From contig CM052817.1 of assembly GCA_028534125.1 (NCBI GenBank), positions 77,130,001-77,194,000 of the forward strand: a stretch of 64,000 bases of DNA, given 5' to 3'. The translations under genes were made by a program, and so were the position numbers. This document shows, piece after piece, positions 57,241-64,000 of the stretch (within the stretch, counting starts at the first letter, position 1; each line of letters starts with the position of its first letter). Below the pieces are notes generated by a model. It did not search any database and had not been told where the DNA came from. It worked only from the letters and a program-made list of their open reading frames with translations. This DNA comes from Lama glama (lineage: Eukaryota).

Positions 57241-58155
57241 AAAACGAAAGCTACAGAAATGTCTATTTAATGCTGGGTGCTTATCTTTAAATAGTAAAAA
57301 TAGAAAACAATGATATACTGTCAAATGACAGAGACCATGCAACATTTCTCTTTTTAAATACGAATGAGTAGCTAACTCGTTCCCTTGTATATGAATAGAA
57401 TTGTGACATCCACATCCGTCTCCTCTTTCTTTCTACACCGGATTATGTAGCTGGAAACACTGAAGGGGTGTGGTAATATCCCTCTTAGATGTATACACTT
57501 CAGGTAAATTAAAGTTACTGTATTTTTCCCACTTCTCTTCCTTGCACATGGTAGACACCCAAAATCAATGATGGTTGGATTAAATGAAATTTTCCAAAGA
57601 GGACTTTAATGTACAGCAAATAATCAGAGCAATAATGATAGATCATTTCTTATACCAACTTCTTCTATTTTTAAACAACTAAGAGTTAAGTAATGTTATA
57701 ATTTTAGGAGAGAAGTGAGGTTCAGAAGAGTTGAGTAAAATGTCAAGGTCCCATTGCTGGAAGTGGTAGAGCTGATCTGTGCACCCAACTCCATCTGACA
57801 CTCAGATTCCTGCCTGCACCCCGTTACCTGTGACAGTGTTAACTCCTGACAAAGGATCGCTCCCCAAATCACGCATGTCTCAGACAAACTTGGGTGCTGC
57901 ATTCAAACATTCCATAAAACAATAGAAAGCACAGATTTGCATAGGGCTTTCTTTTTCTTCCTTCCTTAAAAATAGGACTTTATTGAGGTGTTTTAGCCTT
58001 TTCTTTAGTGAGAACTGTTGCTCAGGAAACTTTCAAGTGAAAAATCTTCTAAACTTTGGCTTTCTAACACTTGATCAGTCAAATTTATCAACTGCATAAA
58101 TTTTAAGTCCTTGTATTATTATCTAAATATCCACAAAATCTGACCAAAGTTAGGA

Positions 58156-58340
58156 CTCATGAAGCAGGGTATAGATCGTGTATTTCACTGATTCTAAAAT
58201 CCCATCATTTATAAGGGACATCATCAAAACTTCCAACTGAACATGACATAATGCCAAGAAGTCACTGTTCATAAGATATATTCCTATTTTGTAAATGTTA
58301 AAATGTTAGAAAATGTGGGCCTTAGAGATGGTGACAATGA
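58156..58340. mobile_element. Non-autonomous TcMar-Tc2-type DNA transposon remnant (MER104/Kanga-like)
   Basis: Degenerate terminal inverted repeats gtatttcactgattctaa / cttagagatggtgacaatga; internal aatgttaaaatg...aaaatgtg motif. Confidence 0.5.
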
Positions 58341-61300
58341 TAGCAAGAGGCTCTAACATACGTCCTCTCCTGTGGTGGCTCCTCACGGATGCCCAGCGTT
58401 CAGCATCCAAGGAGCCCGGTGTTCCTGGCTCCTATGTTACAGATGCTGCACCCTCAACTGCCAGGCACTGAAGGTCATAAAACCCACACTGAGATTCCCT
58501 GAAAATTAAACCAAGGAAGAATGTTTCCTTTTTTATTCTTGTTTCTCCTGAAGTTAATAAAAAAACCCAAAGATTTACATGAATAATTTTGTGATTGAGA
58601 AAATAAGCTTGGGGCATTCAGCTTCTAAACTGCAACTTAAAATAGAATTCTAACAACCTTTGCCCTGACAAATGCGACCTGCACCCTACCCTGCCCCCTG
58701 TACGTCTGCTGTAAGACCATTCTAAAAAGGGATAACATTCTGTTCTTCAGCTGCCAAACTTTTTCATAGTACTTTTTCATAGCACTATATGAACAATGGC
58801 CAAAATCCTTAAGGGATAAGATTCAGTTTCCAAAATAATTCTATATATTAAGCATTTTAATGTTGTACTCACAACTCTATTTCTACATGAGTACATACAT
58901 TTTAATTTTCCAAGTTTTTATGTTAATACTTTTAAAATTCTGCATTGAAGCCAACAATTTAAGACTATAACGCACATGTTAAAAATGGATTCAGGCTTTT
59001 GAAGCTTTCATTTTAAAAGAATTTAAGATCTAACTCAAAGTTTAAGTTCTTTAAAGGGCACGATATTATGCAGTAATCAGCTTAATTTCAGAGCGTATGT
59101 ATCACTAAAGCTAGCTGAACTGGGACTATGTGAAAAAATGCAGTCTCACAATCTTCACGTGCTTTTTAAGTGAATTATATTATTATATACTATAGATTTC
59201 TTATACTAAAAGTATAATATAAATGAAACCACTTTGGGTTGGGTTGTGCAGTAAGTTCATATGAATCTCCAAAAACATACAGGATGTGTGACAAATCCAT
59301 GGTAATCCACGCTGAATGCCCAATAAAGAGGAGAAAAGTAAAGTAGATACCGGCAGACTTCTAGATTTAGGACATCAGAGCCAGACTACTTCTTGGCAAC
59401 GGAGGCCCGAGTCACAATACAAGACACAGCGGAAACCTAAAGTCATTTCCTGGCTCCTAACCCAGAGTTTCACTTACTGGCCGCTCTCTATTGTGCTTTG
59501 GAGAAAGTAGCCCATTTTTATTGGTTTCTGAAATATCTTTGTATGATCAAAAATTCTTCCTACCTGTTTTGCTGTTCTGCTCTTTACAATGAAATACAAC
59601 TTCTCTCATTAATGTGATAGAATATATTGATATGGGTAATTATTAATATGTGATAGAATATATCTGTGACCTCACAAATAATCTTTTCTTTATCCAGAGT
59701 TTGTTTGAAGCCTGAAACACCTAGAAATCAACCACTGTGCCACAGTTTTGTGGTTTGGCTTGTCTTTGTCCTTTAAATGTCCATCCAACCCTCAGGAGAG
59801 CGCATTTACTCAGCTAAGACCTTTACCATGTGCCCAGCCCACTGCCGGGTTCTGTCTGCATGGCCTTCACCTTCAAGAAGTACTAAGCAGTAGCTTGAAG
59901 TCAAAAGACTTCAAGAAAATAGGTCTCAGATGGACATGTCAGGATAACTCACAAGCTTGCAGGAACTAGAAGCCCAATGCTAAAACTAGTGCCAGCAAGA
60001 AAAAAGGAATGCTATCCTATGTGTTTAACCAAATAAAACCTCAACGAGCTCCTTTACAGCCAGATGTTGCTGAAAGAACTTGATATTTGGCATCTCGAGT
60101 TCCAGCAGCATTCCTTATTAGCTGTATGACTTTAATAGCCCCAGAACGTGTAGAATTTCTACATCTATAAACTCAGATAACACCTGCTTCATAAGCTGCT
60201 ATTCTTCCTAAGAAAAGCTGGCACACAGACAAAATACTACAGTGGGGCAGAATTTTTCTTCCTTTGGTGCATTAAGCACCAGTGGAAACTCTGCCAAAAC
60301 CCTGCCAACTCTTGCCAGCAAGAGTGGCTAAGTCGAATGCATGACCAAGCAATCCCTTCTGCAGGTGAGGGATGTGGAGGTCATGTGTCGGTGTCGGATT
60401 TAGTCTCTGACAGTCTTTCCTATTTTGTTAACTCCATTTGTCAGCTCACTGACATCCCTTCCTCTTTCTTTCCAATGGCATCTTCTTCCTATCTACCGCA
60501 TCTATCAGAATATGAACGATCATGAAGAAAAAACAAACAGTATTTAATAACAGCACAAACGTCAAACGTCTTTATTCATTAAGTCATAACTAAGGAAAAA
60601 TTTCCCTGAACCAAAATTCCAAAGAACAAGGTTATTCCCATCAGAGCCTTTTCCACCTTGTACAAAAACTAGCTGTGTACTAACAGATTTTCTGTAAGTT
60701 CTAGACAAGAATAACTGGTCTTGTTTTTCTCCATGTCTCTAAAGTCCTTAGCTCAGTTCCTACAGAGTAAGTAGGGGATTATAAATCAAGTGAAGTTTAA
60801 AGTCTCGGATAAAAGTTTATCTGATTAAATTAATTCAATAAGAAAGGAAATTAGTTTAACTATGATATCCGTTTATAATCTAAAAAAATACACACATATA
60901 TTCCTGAATCCATTCACAGATGGAGTAAAAGCTTCTGCCATCTGGTCTATAGGTGAAATTACTTCATTTCATATATAATTAGATGATGTATGCACTTGTC
61001 CAAAATGTAAAGATTTCCTATGTTAAAGAAATGAAAAATTAGTGATAATCTTCAGAGCCTGCACTGGAAATCTATGCCATTTCTACCTCAGTTCTTAAAA
61101 ATACAGCATCAAAAATAAAACCACAGGTTACTAAGCAAAAGAGTTTCCAAGATAACTGATTACTTTTGTTGAATAAATACCTCATAGTTAAATTATATTA
61201 AATATGGAAATGAGTTTCACTTAAAACTCATACCAAAAAAGTTAAAATTTATAAACAGAATATGAAATATTAAACACAGATGACATAGATATGCCCTTGG

Positions 61301-61809
61301 AAATAGCATACATCTCCAAAGCAAATGCTCACAGGGAACATTCTGCTTGGGTTAGGTTTATTTTTATAGTCCGTTGCTAACACAATGACATGCTTTAAAG
61401 GTTTTGTCAAACAACAGAACTGACTTTAAAAAAAAAAAAACAACTGTACTAAATAAATCCTCCTGATAGAGGTCAAATCAGGATATTTTGAAGGTTTTTT
61501 TTTAATTGCAGTAATCGTGGCAGTATTATTCAGATAAGGAAAAAAATCCTAAAATTTTACTATACCTAAAAATAAACAAGTCATTTATTACAGAGGAAAA
61601 TAAATTAAAATGCTATTCACACGAGAGTAACAGTATTCATGTAATCATTTACCTTCAAGAAACATTTTAAAACTTACTTCCTTGTTTACAGGTTGTAAAT
61701 ATCAAAAAATTAGCATGTCCCTTATTTTCTATTATTAGCTATAATTGTTTAGTTTGGGGCTTCTGGCTTGAGCATTAAAATGCTATTTATGGATACATGA
61801 AAGAACGAA

Positions 61810-62410
61810 CAGGTTTAGGGAGTAGACATCGAAAATCCACTTTTGAACATGTTAAGTCTGAGGTTTCTGTGAGGATACCCAAGGAGACATTTCAGAAAGG
61901 CACGTGGATCAGCGAGTATGGGGCTGCAGTTGTAGCATGAAATGAATGAGCAACAGCACAGTGACTTAGAGTCATGGACCTGGGTATCCAACTGCATGGC
62001 TTGGAATCCTAACTCTGTTACTTAGTAGCCACTGGCCTTAATGAGTTCTCTAACTCTGTGCTTCAATTTCCTTATATCTAAAGTTGAATAATAAACAGGT
62101 GGACGTGAGGATTAAAGAAATGAACACACATAAAGGAACGTCTAATTGTGCTCACTGAGTGCTAAGTTTTGACTATTAGTATTCTCCCCAGTAACTCTAG
62201 TAGCTGTTACAGATGATATGCAGTCTTTGAGGGGACAGGGAGTCTGAAGAGAGAGAGGAGACCCCAAGTCCAAGCCTTGATGAACCCCAAGACTAGAAGT
62301 CAGGAAGACAACAAAGGGAACCAAAATGCTCCCTGCCTGTGAGGTAGGAAAAATACACCCGGCAGGTGTCATGGAAGCCACGGACGAGAGGCAGTCAAGA
62401 AGGCCCAAGT
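61810..62410 (-). mobile_element. L2 remnant interrupted by a + strand MIR (~61955-62180)
   Basis: ttttgaacatgttaagtctgagg (L2); ggaatcctaactctgttacttagtagc...ctctgtgcttcaatttccttat...gtgaggattaaa (MIR). Confidence 0.65.
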
Positions 62411-62974
62411 CCTTGGTGACCTAGACTCTCACCTGGCCAGCTGGCACCGTGCAGCAAGGAGGGCTCCCTAGTGTGCATGACCCTCCACGTTCAGGTCCAG
62501 TTAGATGCCCAAAGACGAAGAAAATGTCTTTGACGGCATAGTATTTAGGAACTTTCTTCCTGGTGTTTTAGCATCCCATTAAAAAATTTTTTTTCACCTC
62601 TAAGTCTATTTCAACAAATAGAAGTATTTTTTTTTAAACAGAGAATGTCTTCATTAACCCAGGAGACACCATAAGAGATAGTAATCCTTCTGAAATACAA
62701 CATATTCATTAAATATTCTTATAATTTTATTCATCAATTATACCTCCCTGTCTACACACACATACACACACACACAAATAATTGAGTAGTCCTGTTTTTG
62801 AAGGTCTAAGAAAAAAGGAAGGGCTTCTGTAGAGATCCAGAATAGAGAAAATACGTATGTGGCCAGTAGGTAGAATCTTAGCAACATTAAAAGACTAAAG
62901 TGTGTTATTTTCTCAAGTACAGCTTCCCCCTAGGTCAGATTCCAAAAATAAGCCATCACTTTAAACTCATCTGT

Positions 62975-63474
62975 NNNNNNNNNNNNNNNNNNNNNNNNNN
63001 NNNNNNNNNNNNNNNNNNNNNNNNNNNNNNNNNNNNNNNNNNNNNNNNNNNNNNNNNNNNNNNNNNNNNNNNNNNNNNNNNNNNNNNNNNNNNNNNNNNN
63101 NNNNNNNNNNNNNNNNNNNNNNNNNNNNNNNNNNNNNNNNNNNNNNNNNNNNNNNNNNNNNNNNNNNNNNNNNNNNNNNNNNNNNNNNNNNNNNNNNNNN
63201 NNNNNNNNNNNNNNNNNNNNNNNNNNNNNNNNNNNNNNNNNNNNNNNNNNNNNNNNNNNNNNNNNNNNNNNNNNNNNNNNNNNNNNNNNNNNNNNNNNNN
63301 NNNNNNNNNNNNNNNNNNNNNNNNNNNNNNNNNNNNNNNNNNNNNNNNNNNNNNNNNNNNNNNNNNNNNNNNNNNNNNNNNNNNNNNNNNNNNNNNNNNN
63401 NNNNNNNNNNNNNNNNNNNNNNNNNNNNNNNNNNNNNNNNNNNNNNNNNNNNNNNNNNNNNNNNNNNNNNNNNN
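62975..63474. other. Assembly gap (500 N)
   Basis: Run of N. Confidence 1.
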
Positions 63475-64000
63475 AAAGAAAAACAAAGAAAGATACTATA
63501 TAATGATATAGGGATCAACACAAGAAGAGGATACTATACCAGTTAACATATATATACTCAGTATAGGAGCACCTAAATACACAAAACAAATACTAACAGA
63601 CAAAAAAGGAATACATCGATGAGAATACAATAATAGTAGGAGACTTTATTATCGCACTGACATCAATGGACAGATCTTCCAGGCAGAAAATCACTAAGGC
63701 AATAGAGATCCTAAACGACACAATAGAACAGTTGGACTTAATTGATATCTACAGGACACTACATCCAAAAAATCAGAATACACATTCAAGTACACATGGA
63801 ACATCCTCTAGGATAGACAACATACTAGGACATAAAACAAGCCTTAACAAATTTAAGAGGACAGAAATTATTTTAAGCATCTTTTTGGAGCACAATAATA
63901 TGAAAATAGAAATCTACTACAAAAAGAAAAATGAGAGGAAAAAATGATTACATGAAGACTAAGCAATATGCTACTAAAAAGCCAACAGGTCAACAATGAA
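63475..64000 (+). mobile_element. LINE-1 ORF2 endonuclease-domain fragment (degenerate), runs off the window end
   Basis: YYIMI*GSTQEEDTIPVNIY; MDRSSRQKITKAIEILNDTIEQLDLIDIYRTLHP...HGTSSRIDNILGHK. Confidence 0.95.

Noticed and set aside
59612..59663. 16-bp direct repeat atgtgatagaatatat
   Set aside because: Two copies of AT-rich sequence only; simple slippage, not an array
45959..64000. SEC24D exon 8 or earlier exons, or a nested gene
   Set aside because: No match to the expected GNASPRFIRCT peptide or any other spliceable coding sequence was seen; consistent with one long intron

Overview
Mammalian genomic DNA, most likely camelid, judged from four Vic-1-like tRNA-derived SINEs. The window holds the 3' two-thirds of SEC24D (COPII cargo adaptor) on the minus strand. 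Fifteen coding exons (numbered 9-23 by the human gene structure, from memory) span 45958 to the TAA stop at 8430-8432. All have GT-AG boundaries, and they splice into one open frame of 2058 nt (685 aa plus stop). The likely poly(A) signal is at 7763-7768. Positions 45959-64000 are part of the long upstream intron; earlier exons lie beyond the window. Positions 1-~3.7 kb are non-coding and, by human synteny only, may be the distal 3' UTR of convergent METTL14. The rest is L1, L2, MIR, SINE, DNA-transposon and LTR-like remnants, microsatellites and two 500-N gaps. I found no novel multi-gene system. The best second-look items are a sharp CpG/GC spike over exon 20 resembling GC-biased gene conversion, a divergent C-terminal exon, a strong cryptic donor after exon 17 that adds a premature stop, a ~215-bp intronic direct duplication, and an internally deleted L1. 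Comparisons to human SEC24D and repeat family names are from recall, not from a search.
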